Assembly (NCBI GenBank): GCA_964187785.1
Contig: OZ076417.1
Coordinates: 22,816,001-22,880,000, forward strand
Reading direction: 5' to 3'
Source of the DNA: Amphiscolops sp. MND2022
Lineage: Eukaryota
Length of the DNA stretch: 64,000 bases
Shown here: in pieces, positions 11,741 through 23,953 of the stretch
How the letters are laid out: the number at the start of each line of letters is the position of its first letter
How positions within the stretch are numbered: the stretch's first letter is position 1
Position numbers and translations under genes: made by a program
Notes under the pieces: model-generated
What the model was told of the DNA's origin: nothing
What the model saw: the letters and a program-made list of their open reading frames with translations, nothing else
Databases searched by the model: none

Positions 11741-11911
11741 TTGCAATGATTGCAACTTTATCGATGCGGCTAAATGGCATTTCATACACCATCAGTAGGT
11801 TGAAAACCCAAGATGCAAAACAATTGGAAGAGGAGACAGAAAAATCGCCGTCTATGGAGAACCCAAAGTTTGAGTTGTAATAATAATCATATTCCACCGA
11901 CGAAGTTACAG
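11741..11911 (-). CDS. EGF-repeat gene, putative exon 4 (AVTSSVEYDYYYNSNFGFSIDG...SWVFNLLMVYEMPFSRIDKVAIIA). May instead read on to the stop at 11718.
   Basis: ttgtcag acceptor and GTAAGT donor, both phase 1; 171 bp; in frame with the preceding phase-1 donor at 12884. Confidence 0.6.
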
Positions 11912-12884
11912 CTGACAACGTTAACAGGAAACCTTAAACAAAAAGGTTCGTTGGCTTCTCTAACAACTTCAGGAAGGAACATTACTAGTTTTCGCCCACA
12001 TTCCAACTTTTGAAGGCAAAAATTGTTCAACGTTTTTTCCAATAAGGTTGCCAAATTCTAATTTCATATTTGAGTTTAACTAACTGACAGATAGTTTATT
12101 TTCATTTTAAAAACAGCAAACAAAAGCCAATGAACATTTATGCAAAGAATTTTTGAAGGGAGTGTCTCAAAAATCACGAAACTCCTCAAAACAAAATGTA
12201 CTTTTAGACATTGCAAAATTTGAGCTCACTTGCCGACCTAATTTTTCCGTATTTTTTCTCAAATTGCTATATAAATTTGAAGCGTTCTTTATAACTAAGG
12301 TACACTAGGAAAAAACTGAATTTATGGAATCAAAAAACAGCTAGATCGCTGATTGATCATCGGGATAAGCGTGAGATTCAAACAACGATTTTAAAGTATA
12401 TAAAAAACACTAATGGCTAACTAGAACTAATGTGGAGTTTTTTTCGAACATAGGAGCTCTTTTTCAGTGAGCAATGTTTTCTTCAATTTTTCAAAAAACC
12501 CCCGCCAAAATCACCACGATGTTTTCAGGCATCCGAATTGAGTGCATAACTATGTTTGATTTTCGACTTTGTCTCCGCAGGAAGTTTACTTGGCTAATAA
12601 TCTTCAAGAAATTGTTTCAGATTTTCAGGTTATTTAGACTAAGGATAACCAAGCTGGTCAGGGCATAGGACCAATGCCCAACATTTTGGAAAACTTGGCG
12701 AATTTTGATTAATTTTATCTGGGAAAAATCTACTTGAATTTAAAGTTGAAACACGGCGTTTTCGTTTGAACTTTCAAAAGTTAGTTCTTTCAAAACCCAG
12801 TTTGGAAATCAGCGGAAACTATAAACTGCAGTTACGAACAAAAAACCGAACGTCTTAACTATGATCAATCAAAAGATTTCATAC

Positions 12885-14687
12885 CGCAATCGAAGGATCC
12901 AACTGTATTGATACAATATGAATTAGCATTTGGATCGCAATTATGAACACCAGTGCTGCATTCGTCGACATCTTGACACAAATTTGTAGATTGGACTCTC
13001 TGGTAGCCATCATTACAGCTACAAACGAATGTTCCAATTGTATTCGCACATGTTTCCAAATCACTGTTACAAGTATTCAGACATTCATCAACATCCTCGC
13101 AATTGGCTTCCGAGGATTGTCGTGAAAAACCATCTGATTCACATGGACAAATGAAAGTTCCAACAGCGTTTTCACACCGCTCGAACTGTCCTACGCATGA
13201 TTCAGCAGCTGAATTACACTCATCAATGTCAGAACATGTTGAACCTTCTGTTGATCGCTCGAAACCTGTATCGCAGACACAGCTGTAACTACCTTCTATG
13301 TTTTCACACCTTTCGTTTGATCCAACACACTGATTAACATTATTACACTCATCGACATCTGAACAATCTGCTGATTCAGACAACCTCTCATATCCAGCCG
13401 ATTGACAAGGACAGCTGAACGTGCCTTCGACATTTTTACAGTTATCAAACGGTCCTGGACAGGGGTTTTCCATCGAAGTGCATTCATCAATGTCCGTACA
13501 TTGGGAACTCCCCCATACTGTCTGAAACCCAGGGTCGCAATTACATGTATAGCTTCCCACTGAGTTCTCACATCCAACGCAAGCTTCTGGTAATTCACAT
13601 TCGTTAATGTCCGAACAATCAACCGATTCAGACGCACGTTGATAGCCCGGTGACTCGCAAGGACAATCGAAACTACCAATGTTATTTTGGCAATTGTCAA
13701 ACGGGCCAGGGCATGAATCAACGGACGATGTGCATTCATCTATGTCTATGCATTCTAAATTGTCCGAGAGTTCGAATCCGGTTTTGCATTTACAAGTGTA
13801 GCTGCCTTGTATATTTTCACATTCCTCGTTCGTTTCAGGGCATGTACTTGAAACAATGCATTCATTTACATCTGAACAATCTGCTGTCTGCGACAACCGT
13901 TCATACCCAGATGATTCACAAGGACAAGTGAAACTTCCCACCCCATTAGCACATACATCAAATGGACCCGGGCAAGGGTCTTCTTGAGTTTGGCACTCGT
14001 CGATGTCTGTACATTCCGAAGTCTGAGTGTTTCGTTCAAACCCTGCTGATTCACACTGACAGCTAAACCCTCCAATTTCATTGATGCACGTTTCATATTG
14101 TCCTGTACATGTATTTGTGTCCATACTACACTCATCAACGTCAGTGCAATCTGAAGATTCCGTCAACCTCTCAAAAGCAGAAGACTCACAGGGACACTTG
14201 AAGCTTCCTACTTCATTTTGGCACTGGTCATAAGGACCCGGGCATGCATTTTCGTCGTTGCATTCATCTATATCAGTGCAGTCTAATGCATTCCCTATCC
14301 TCTCAAAGCCGGGTTCACAAGGGCAGCTGTAACTTCCGATTTCATTCTGACATTGGTCTTGTAAGCCTGGACAAGGATCTTGATTGCTTTGACATTCATC
14401 GATATCAGCACAATCAGAGGTTTCAGTTTCACGTACAAAACCAGCAGACGCGCAAGGACATTCAAAACTTCCAGCAGTGTTGAGGCAAAAGTCGAAAGCC
14501 CCTGGGCAAACATCATCTTCAAAATTGCATTCATTTGTCTCATAGCATGACGCAGTTCCGTTTCCCCAATCTATTTGCTTTTCATACCCAGGAAAACAGT
14601 AGCAGTCGTAACCTTGATTGACTAAATTCGCACAAACTCCTGCCTCCAGTCCACAGATGTTCTCAACACCTTCGCATTCATTGACAT
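12885..14687 (-). CDS. EGF-repeat gene exon 3: 13 complete plus 1 partial calcium-binding EGF domains (fibrillin/fibulin-like repeats)
   Basis: Repeated D-I/V-D/N-E-C...C-x-N-x-x-G-S/T-F/Y-x-C-x-C...G-F/Y consensus with no stops. ttttttattag acceptor (G|AT, phase 1) and TGC G|GTATG donor (phase 1); 1803 bp = 601 codons. Confidence 0.95.
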
Positions 14688-15067
14688 CTAATAAAAAACA
14701 CTTGATAAGAGTCCTCTTGCAAACAAAGAAGATAGCAATATGACAAAAGGTATTTTTTTCAAAAAATGCAATTCGTCGACAATTCGAGTAAAAATTGTTC
14801 ATGACGATAGATATTTTCCTCGAAACAAGGGAAAAGAACAGTTTTTGAAAAAAGATGCCGACGACAAAGTAGTCACACTGTGGGACGGTGGTCCCGATTT
14901 CTATAGCTTCCTATTTAAAAAACAAAACTTGAACCTACCAGCTTCTACCAAGCGTTCAACGAGACTAGAGCAAAATGTCACGTTTTGGATGAAAACAGAG
15001 CATGTTTTGTGTGAAGTAACACTCAGGGTTGATGTATTTTCAGGTTTCAGATCCAATCCACAAATAC

Positions 15068-15214
15068 CATCCAGAGGGCAGTAGGCGAGAGAGAAATCCG
15101 ATTCGTTCCGCTCCGCACCCTGCTTCAAGCAATCGTCTTTTGAGAAACCGTGGTACTGAAATGTCGCAATTTGTCGACTATGTTCTGGCGACACTTTCAC
15201 ATCACAAATCGACA
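15068..15214 (-). CDS. EGF-repeat gene, putative exon 2 (SICDVKVSPEHSRQIATFQYHGFSKDDCLKQGAERNESDFSLAYCPLD)
   Basis: ttttcag acceptor and GAT G|GTATTT donor, both phase 1; 147 bp; splices in frame to DVNEC. Confidence 0.7.
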
Positions 15215-16016
15215 CTGAAAACAGATTTCTTACTCATTTCCTATCGACGAGAACGGTAGACTGGTTACCATTGCCAGTCAAATACTAACTCATTAGAAAA
15301 GAAACAACCGAAAAGGCTGACATGTTTTCCCATAAACTTCGCCGCTTTTCATGGAAAACGAGTCTTTTTTGAACACATAACATATCAAACACTGGTATCA
15401 ACAATGTTCAACTACCATATGTGTCAATTCTTTCTGATTGACCGAAAAATTCAGTACAATTAGGAGACGTGGATAAAATGGAGAAAACTGGTATTTTTAT
15501 CAATTTTTGTTTTAGTTTCTTTACCCACGATTCACCACCTCTGTTGTATTATATACGTATGTTCAAATGACGGATTTCAAATAATTAAGTTCACTTACTT
15601 TCCTTCTTCTACGTTCAACGACAAAACAACTTAGTAGCATAATTAAAGATTAGCATTCGTCCGGCGATTTTTCACAAAAATTTCGCTAGAACAGAAAAAG
15701 AACCCCAGGAAAAGGGGCCAGCGCACTTGGCAAAAGACAAAATTTTTCAGTGCTACTGATTAACTTTGCCTTCATCGCTACCGAAAAGATTTCAAAAAAG
15801 ACAAACATTTTTGCATTTGGTCAATAAATGTTTCCCTGAGAAATACTTCCGCATGAAATAATTTTGTCAATTAAAAAGTTTGAATAAGGACGAATAAAAG
15901 TACTAACGGGTCATTTCTTTCTCAAACAGTTCAGCTGAAACAATTCAATGAACTTTGAGTGAAATTGAAAAACTTTCATGATTGAATTTTATGTTGCTAA
16001 GAAATATTTTGCTAAC

Positions 16017-16332
16017 GGTTGGCAAAAAATGTAACTTCTTTTACCACAGGAGCCACTTTTCTGGAATCTCGAAACTCTTCTGACGCAATAAAACATGTAC
16101 AATTTTTCGTATTGTGGTTGTAAGTCCTCAAATTGGCTTGACCTTCTGTTGCCCTTTCACACAGAAACGAACACATGGGTTCTATCGTAGGCACCATAGT
16201 GACCAAGGTTTCCACAAAGACACTATTGTCGATGATCACATCTTGGGGGGTTTTGACGACCAGAGATGTTCCAACAATAAATAGGGATGAAACAATTATT
16301 GAGATGAAACTGATAAGGAAAGTTGACTTCAT
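16017..16332 (-). CDS. EGF-repeat gene, putative exon 1: signal peptide plus PAN/apple-like Cys module
   Basis: MKSTFLISFISIIVSSLFIVGTS hydrophobic N-terminus; CSFLC...TYNHNTKNCTC; AAC C|GTTAG phase-1 donor in frame with exon 2. Confidence 0.7.
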
Positions 16333-17925
16333 TTCATGAGAATGAAAGTGTTCGCATTAGTTGTTCAATTGGTATAGTTCAACATGGAATAATTCTTGAA
16401 GCATCTGCTATCAACGAATTCCAGCTTAAATAAAAATTTTTAGCCTTTCGAGGTTCAAAACATTGATTACGTAATTGATCAAAAAAATTGATTACGTAAA
16501 TACAGTGCCATGTCTGATTGTCAAATCACACTCTGAGAACACAAAGATAATCCCGCTATTTCTAATCAAAAATTCTTTTCTGACTATCTGAATATTTCAA
16601 CCATGTCTCTAAAATCGTTGCAAAAACAGTTTCTACAAAGGTGAACCTGGATTTCATGGTCCACGAGAACAAAACAACTATCTTTGTTGAATCTCCATTC
16701 ACAGAACCGAGGAAAGCTGCTAACACCGGATTTTTGAATTTTTTTCGACAGGCAGAAAGCACGTTGGGAAACAATGGCGTAAAATAACAATTGGCTGTCA
16801 AAGCCATAGATATATTGCAGCTTGAACAAAAGTTGGAAAAAATTGATTGGAATTTCTCATTGAGTATTCAGAGTGAACAGAATTTTAAGAGATCTAACAA
16901 TGAAGAATTTTTCTGAAGTACTGATTTCGAGAGACAACAATGAAATAGCTGGATGTTTCCCTTGCTAAGCGCTTCCAACAAGCTTCGGTGCAAAATTCAT
17001 TGAATTGGAATTTTTCAACACTTAAAACCGACGGCGAAAACCTCAATACATTCATCTCTTCGAAGTACTGACGTTTTAATTTCAAGTTTTACAAATTGAT
17101 CAGAAAAGAATAAAGAAATGATGAAAACCCAAAACAGTGAAGATTAATGACATTGAACTGATTGCTGCTGCAATGTGATCCTACTCGTATCTGCTTTAAA
17201 ATTCCTACCAAAAAATGGCGAACTTTGTGGCATGAAAAAAGTGGAATAGTTCATAAACTCTCTAAATAAAAACTGACTGGAAAAAGTTCACGAAAAAAGC
17301 TGCATCCAAAAGTATATTCCAAATTGTCTGATTTCTAATTTTCAATCAACAGACATCAAAGGTCAAGATACTTCTGTAACTTTGACACGATCTGGATAGA
17401 TATTTGCATTTATTGTACTTGTGTTTTAATAGGGAAGGTAATGTTATATTTTATATTCGAGATGACGGCGAGGAAGTACTTTGAGAAAACGCTTACAGAG
17501 CTGCAGATATTAGGTATTCAAAATGAGTATGGTGATGAAGATTTATTGTCCGTCTAAAAAGATTACCAAGGAAAAGGAGTTTGCAAAATTTTTGGCTAAT
17601 GTTTACAAAGTATATACGTCATAAGTCTGCTAATATTATAGACAAAAATTCTGGTTAAACTACACGGATTGGATGGAGATGAATTAATCTCATTCATCAT
17701 AACACCCACCGGTTTTTGAGAAAAAACTTTGAAGCACTGGTTTAGGCGTTGTATGAATTCTTGAGTCAGAGGAACTTTTTAGGAGTTGGTTTCTAAATCA
17801 GAACTGTGGAGAGGATGATAAATTTCTAGAATCTACTAACAGTGTTGTTTTACAAGTAGGCGTTAGAGTTTGGTTTATTAATAGTTACTTTTGTTTTTTT
17901 TTCAGATTTTGTATTTTTACCTTTC

Positions 17926-18062
17926 GTAGAATTCCAGTAAGTTCTTAGAAGGTTAGAGTCAAAGCAGCTGGTGTAGAATTCCAGTAAGTTCTTAGAAGGT
18001 TAGAGTCAAAGCAGCTGGTGTAGAATTCCAGTAAGTTCTTAGAAGGTTAGAGTCAAAGCAGC
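17926..18062. repeat. Tandem repeat, 47-bp unit, about 2.9 copies
   Basis: gtagaattccagtaagttcttagaaggttagagtcaaagcagctggt repeated head-to-tail with identical units. Confidence 0.95.
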
Positions 18063-18379
18063 GTGTTCGTAACAAAGCATGACTTTCAGTGTGAAGTTTC
18101 AAAATACAGGGTGTTTACAGCAAGCTGGAAATTTTTAAGTAGTTCTTGCTTTATAATTGTTAAATGTAGAACATTTTGTTTAAACTGAAACGACAGATCT
18201 ATTAGGGGCGTTTGTTTTTAAAAAAATGTATTCCGGAAAATTGTTTTGGCGGGTAACGGTTTCCGGTTTTCGAGAAACACATTTGCGAAAAACACGCTGT
18301 GCCATGAAATTTACTGAAGAACAAAAGGTCTTTATCATTGGCACTTTCTGTGGAGGTGAAGTAGCTGCAGTTGATCTTC

Positions 18380-18660
18380 AACTGTGATGCCATGATACAT
18401 TTCCTCAAGAACTTTCGAACACCTTGCAGCACCCACTTCAACTGCTTCTTGCCGCATCAACTTCGCTGACTCAACTTCAACTGTTCTTTGACAACTCCAC
18501 TTCTGCAGCTTCTCTTCACGTTCAACTGCCAACTGGTACTCGTCGATCAATACAGATGAATGTTTCAAACTTTAAACTTGACTATATTAACTTCCATTAA
18601 CTCAAAATCAAACTTGTATATTGTAATCTTATAATCGATGTCTATTGTAATCTAATATTC
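18380..18660 (+). repeat. Partial LTR-like repeat related to 19536-19982
   Basis: tgtgatgccatgatacatttcctcaagaactttcgaacaccttgcagcaccc matches tgtgaagcattgatacatgtcctcaagaactttcgaatatcttgaagtcaccc; paired tgtaatc motifs follow. Confidence 0.5.
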
Positions 18661-19535
18661 GCATAACCCCCCCATAATTAGTGCTTTTTAATCCGAGTAG
18701 TACCCCTCCTATAATTACTCTCTAACCGCAAGAATTATATCTATATACTCTTACAATCGCTCTTTGTATTATACTCTAATACACCTATTATCCATCTTTC
18801 TTTTACAGTACACAAGTCCTTCTTATGGAACAAAAATTTTCTGAGATTTTTTTACAGTACACGAAATTTTCTCCTTCGCCCAAAGATTTTGAATTTCTTA
18901 TTTCTTTTAAATTTTTCTTTTGAAACGTTTTCACCCCACAAAATGTGAACGAAAAACTTTAACATTTTTTCGTTCTCTTTTGGTACAACAACTTTTCACA
19001 CATTTGAAACATTCCAACTTTAGAACAAAAACAAATTCTTTGCATCTGTTCACTAGGCACTTCTGTTGAAAATGAACACTACTTTGAACCTAGATTTTTC
19101 AAATCTTCTTCACTTTTGGTTCAAACACCCGCCACTGTTTGTTCACAACTCATTGACAACTTCGTAGAATCTTTCTTCAACAAGAAAAGTATTCAATTCT
19201 GAATAACTCATGTTGATGTACAATATATTTTTTCAAATAAGCCGAGGGCAGAAACGGCAGAAACGCAGAAACGAAAAATTAACACAAAGTAGTAAACAAG
19301 TTGTCAATCACTAACTTGAACACAATTGTCAGTCAAGAAAACTGAAACTTTTGCACCAATTTGAATCGTCACTTACGTAAGAAGTCAAATCGTCTTAGGT
19401 TGTTCTCACTACTTAAGTATGGTACGCTTTAGAACAAAACTCATGCATACAAACCTATAAAAAACCAAAACTTCAGAACTCCACACTTCAAAGTGCAGAT
19501 ATATAATTTTAAATTTTCAAAAATTCCCGGTTGAT

Positions 19536-19982
19536 TGTGAAGCATTGATACATGTCCTCAAGAACTTTCGAATATCTTGAAGTCACCCAACTTTAGAGAG
19601 ATAGATGTCACTTCATTTGTAGTTAACCGAAGTTGACTAGATTGCCGACACTTGAAGATAACTTAATCAATACGTTGTGACAATATAATTAGTAACCCAT
19701 CTAACTCTACTACTGTTGTCGCTATTGAAAAAATAGCATGTCAATATAACTAATTGTAATCATTTGTAATCATTGATGAATTTGTAGACTATACCTACTC
19801 GGAGAAAATTAGAGTATTAACTGAAGAACGGTATCTATCTAAAAGAAGTACTCAACAGAGATATTGCAAGATAGTCAGCTAATCAGTAACTTGGTACCTT
19901 AGCGAATTTGCTGTTAAGAATCTTAGACTTCTTATGTGCTCTATCAAAGAAATAAAAAATACAACAATACACATATTTAACA
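19536..19982 (+). mobile_element. Probable solo LTR related to the family 2 LTR
   Basis: TG...CA ends and AATAAA near 19951. Motifs shared with 32990-33250 (tgtaatca-tgtaatca; caagatag; ttgct..aaga.cttaga.ctt.ttatgtg; atacac..tttaa). No target-site duplication found. Confidence 0.5.
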
Positions 19983-20202
19983 GCTCACAACACAAGTTTT
20001 TTCTAAAATACGAAATAACTGGACGTTGCGAAATACCAGTATTTAGCCATGGATTTCGCCCGAGTTTTTGAAAATATCAACAAAAACGGCATTGGGATCA
20101 GTCCACGCTCAATTCCGTCTGCAAGTGAAGCGTAAAGCGCCAACATATCTCAAGTTATTGTGTCTCGTTGGTGCCAAAACAAAATACCCAAACAGTTGCG
20201 CT

Positions 20203-20402
20203 NNNNNNNNNNNNNNNNNNNNNNNNNNNNNNNNNNNNNNNNNNNNNNNNNNNNNNNNNNNNNNNNNNNNNNNNNNNNNNNNNNNNNNNNNNNNNNNNNN
20301 NNNNNNNNNNNNNNNNNNNNNNNNNNNNNNNNNNNNNNNNNNNNNNNNNNNNNNNNNNNNNNNNNNNNNNNNNNNNNNNNNNNNNNNNNNNNNNNNNNNN
20401 NN
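20203..20402. other. Assembly gap (200 N)
   Basis: Run of N. Confidence 1.
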
Positions 20403-20456
20403 GTCTTCATACATATATATACATATACGTGTCTTCTTTTCTTCGTCTTTTTCCAG

Positions 20457-21870
20457 GTGTTGGGGGCAGATTGGTATTTAATTGCCGATAATATGATCGT
20501 GTATCGCTTTGGCTTGTTGCGGTTTGTCCTTGATACTTGATCTGCTTGTTCTGACTGTTTGTGTTTCTTCCGATTGATGCTTGTAATGCTTGGATTGTAT
20601 TTTTGTGTTGTTGGGATGACAGTTCCGTCTTTTATAATTTGGTGTTGTTTTAGTCCATATCAACTTCGTGAAGATGCGGCAGCAACGGAGTGATTACGGT
20701 TTTCATGGGTAGAGTGAGATTTGTCATTTCGTCTACTGTTTGTTGTTAAAGAAACGCGTACCATCTTCGCTGCCCGGTATTCATGACTGGGAAGAGTACA
20801 TGGACATAGAGAAACTTGCTGTCTATCCCGTTGCTTCGATGGATACTTTCTTAGACAAATGCGATTTCGGCGTGAACTGCTTGCAGGGAAAACGACTGAA
20901 ATTCAAGAACTCCGCTTGCTCTGCCGTGATTTTTTGGATCAACTAGTTACCGTAGTTTTAAACAGTCTAAGTGTGTCGTCAAAAATTGCGGAGGAGCGTT
21001 GTAGTTTCATTCCCGAAAATCTACTGGAGGGTGATGAACATGCCGTTTTTCTTTATTTGCTGATTTGACAAAGGTGTTGGTTACATGTGGGGTGTTATCT
21101 TCTGACGAGTCAAATGCTGCTGTTACACAGGTTAGTAGTTATGTTGTGGAGAAACGGAGAAACGGAGATTGCACGATGGGTCAGAAGTCAATGCCAGCGA
21201 GATCCCTGACGTGGTTCAGAATTTGCTCCGCGATTTTAGTTTTCATGCTCGTCCGGAAGTTTGTCGAGTATTGAAGTTATGTTGTTTGGTTATTGGTTTG
21301 CCCCGTGTTGTTTATCCACAAGTATCTTTTAATCTGAGTGGCAGCTCTTTTAGTGAATCTGCTTTCCAGTGCTGTTTGCGGTTAGTGCAGAGTTACGTGA
21401 TGAGTGCAGGGTATGAGCACCAGTCATTCTTCACCGATTCGACTCTGGATGCTGTTCGGAGTGCTATCGCAGATGCTGGTGTTTTTCAAGTCACTCCTGG
21501 CTATGACATCTGGAAAATTTATGGCGATCCTGTTGTGGAGTCCTTTATCGCTGATTATCAGAAATTGTATTGTTCCTTTTTACTGGAGCGTCGTGAGTCG
21601 TCCGAAAGATATTATGTTGAGTGCAGTAAAGCGAACAGACTTGCTCGTGTCAATGTTGGGGCTTTCGGGTCCGAGACGGGCAGTAATGTGAGTGTTGCAT
21701 CTAAAAAGAGGAAATGAGGGAGCGTGGCATCCCGCAGTGGTAATCCCGTGTCAAAGATCGGTAAAAATAGTGTTGGGCAGTCTGGTCCTTCGAAGAAGGC
21801 AAAGGGTACTAAGAGGAATCAAAAGAAGAATCCAGTGAAGAAAGAGACCCTGATGTCGTGCATGGAATAG
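20457..21870 (+). pseudogene. 3' portion of the antisense gene of copy D (homologue of 1935-3379)
   Basis: VLGADWYLIADNMIVYRFGLL; SSLPGIHDWEEYMD; LLEGDE; RVLKLCCLV. The Lys-rich tail continues in frame past TGA 21717 to TAG 21870. ATTAAA at 21901. Confidence 0.8.
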
Positions 21871-22072
21871 CAAAGCTGCTCTGAATTACTTTTTCACTTT
21901 ATTAAAACTGTGTCATCTTGTTTTATTGTCAACATTCTTTGTTCTGTATTTTCTAATTTCGCTTGCGAATTTGTTGTTTATGTGGCAGGAATTAACGTAG
22001 TCTTTCCGGTTTGGTTTGATACCTTAATTTTTTCATACAGGTTTGAGTTGGACGTGAGTCTTCCGTAGTAAC

Positions 22073-23868
22073 TTAGTCGAGAATTCTGAAGTCAGGATTT
22101 GCATTAGGTCTCGGGTTAGGTCGCAAGTTGTATCTTCCCACTTTTCTAGAATTGTATTCAACAACTATAGGAGGTAGTTCAGGGGTTTTGGGCGGTGGTG
22201 TTAGAATATAGGGGTCGTCACTGACATCCAGATTAAATGACGTAACGTTATCGGAGGATGTTTTATCCCAATCAGAATTTTCAACTGTGGCTGTTTTAAC
22301 CACTTCGTTGTCAGCTGTTGTTGCGTCAGCTTCCGTCTTGTCTGTGATCTCCGTAATTGTTGCTTCTTCTGACGAGTTTTCTGTAGGCATTCCGAACAGA
22401 ACTTCTCCGAAATCGGTTTCCCCAGCTTGAGCGTACCAATCATTGTGGGTTGTTTTAACCTCTGGGTCTGGAATGTAATCTTCTCGTCTGACTGTTACAA
22501 CAGACACTCGCTGATTGGACGCATATAGCCTTAGGGGAATTCTATGGAGTGTTTGCGTATATCGTGTACCCGTTCGACGTACGACGTAATTGTTGTTTGA
22601 AAGCACTTCAACGACTACGTAAGGACCAGTCCAGATGCAATCCTTGAAAGCGAATTTCATTGACTGATTGTCCGCTCTCGGGTCCGCTCTCGGTAGCAGT
22701 CGTCGTTGACTTTGAGTGGTGTAGCAGTCGCTTTCTTGTCGTAATATTGTTTGTATTTAAGGTAGGACTGCATTAGGTTGTCTTTGGCGGCTTGTGTATC
22801 TCTGCTATTTGTAGCTGTAGTTCATCCGTTAGATCTTCGTTATTGTCTTTCTTCCATTCGGGTTTTAAGCCAAGTTTGATGTCCAGGATGTTGTACAGAA
22901 TGCGTCCGTGGAGCACTGTCGTAGATTCACAGCCTAAGCTATCGTGATAGCTTGTGTTGTAGTTCATGACTGCTATTTGGACGTATTTATACCACATTGA
23001 ACGTCTCTCTCCCGTTGATATTTTGAACGAAGTTTTCAGAGAGGCGTGTGTCCTTTCTAAATGCCAATTGTTTGGGCATGTTTCGTCGATGCGTGGTTTA
23101 TCTGTATGTCAAGTGTTTGGGCAGTTTAATTGACTACCTCAGATCTGAACTGTGATCCCTTATCCGTTAGTTTGACAGTTGGTAGGAAGCAATGTCGTGT
23201 CATTACATCAATGATGCAACGTGCCACTGTTTTTGGTGTCATGTCTTGAGTTGGGCACGCGAAGAGGTAACTTGAGAAGACATCCATCATCGTGAGGATG
23301 TGTTGATATTTATTGGATGAAAGTAGATTTGGCAGTATATTGACTTCTAGGCAATCCTGTGGTCCCATTGTAAATTCGGTGTTGCTCAACATTTTGGGAC
23401 GTATTTGTCTCGTGTCAATTCTCTTGTTGGAAATGCAAGTGGACAACTAATTACCCAGGCGTTGAGTTTCAGTGCAAGCCCCAGGAAGTAATACTTCGCT
23501 CGGCATTCTTGTATCATTTTTGTGATTCCTGGGTGTTCATTCGTTTTCCCATGTAGGGTAGACAGCAGTTCAGGAACTATGTGTTTCAGAATTATGACTT
23601 GATTATGCGTGACCGATCCGTCTTCTCCGTAATGTTTCCGCATAAGTACGCCATCTTTCATGATGATTCTTTGTTCGTGGCGGAGTAGAATCCTTCCTCT
23701 TGGATCTGTATTTAAGAGATGCTTGTCATATTCTTCGCAGAGTATTCGCAATTTTAGGGCTTTAAGGAGAAGATCAGCATCTTGCTCGTTTCTGATTCGT
23801 GCATTTTCTTTAATTGCCCCGAACGAGTATACTGCGGAGTTGAGCGGTACTTTGATAGCTTCTGTCAC
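22073..23868 (-). pseudogene. pol: Gypsy integrase region, copy D
   Basis: HPGITKMIQECRAKYY; LEVNILPNL; TDKGSQF; WTGPYVVV; YNLRPNPRPNANPDFRILD. Confidence 0.92.
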
Positions 23869-23953
23869 TTTTGTTTATAGGCCTTTTTCGTGTTCGTCAA
23901 TAGCACGTTGTTTGCTGAGTGCTTTTCCGACCAAGAGTTCCTGTTCTGATTCT

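Noticed and set aside
12879-14543. Short overlapping ORFs on other frames and strands of the EGF exon, and similar shadow ORFs over gag/pol
   Set aside because: These are shadow frames of real coding sequence with no independent motifs.
12885-14687. Naming the gene fibrillin, fibulin or LTBP
   Set aside because: No TB/8-Cys or anaphylatoxin domains are seen and the flanking modules differ, so orthology cannot be supported.
14688-14802. N-terminus of the 645-aa ORF as listed in the ORF track
   Set aside because: It is intronic read-through upstream of a clear phase-1 acceptor at 14688-14689; the real start is probably 16332.
16560-17720. Weak coding-like fragments (16562-17085, about 17460-17720)
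   Set aside because: They are short, interrupted and carry no recognisable motif.
17926-18062. CRISPR-like array
   Set aside because: The units are contiguous and identical with no unique spacers, the context is eukaryotic, and there are no cas genes.
18335-18568. Coiled-coil-like 77-aa ORF
   Set aside because: It lies antisense within an LTR-like repeat, and its similarity to 19540-19600 is explained at the DNA level.
20068-20540. ORFs spanning the N-run (also 63286-63969 and neighbours)
   Set aside because: Their length is an artefact of translating through a gap of unknown size.
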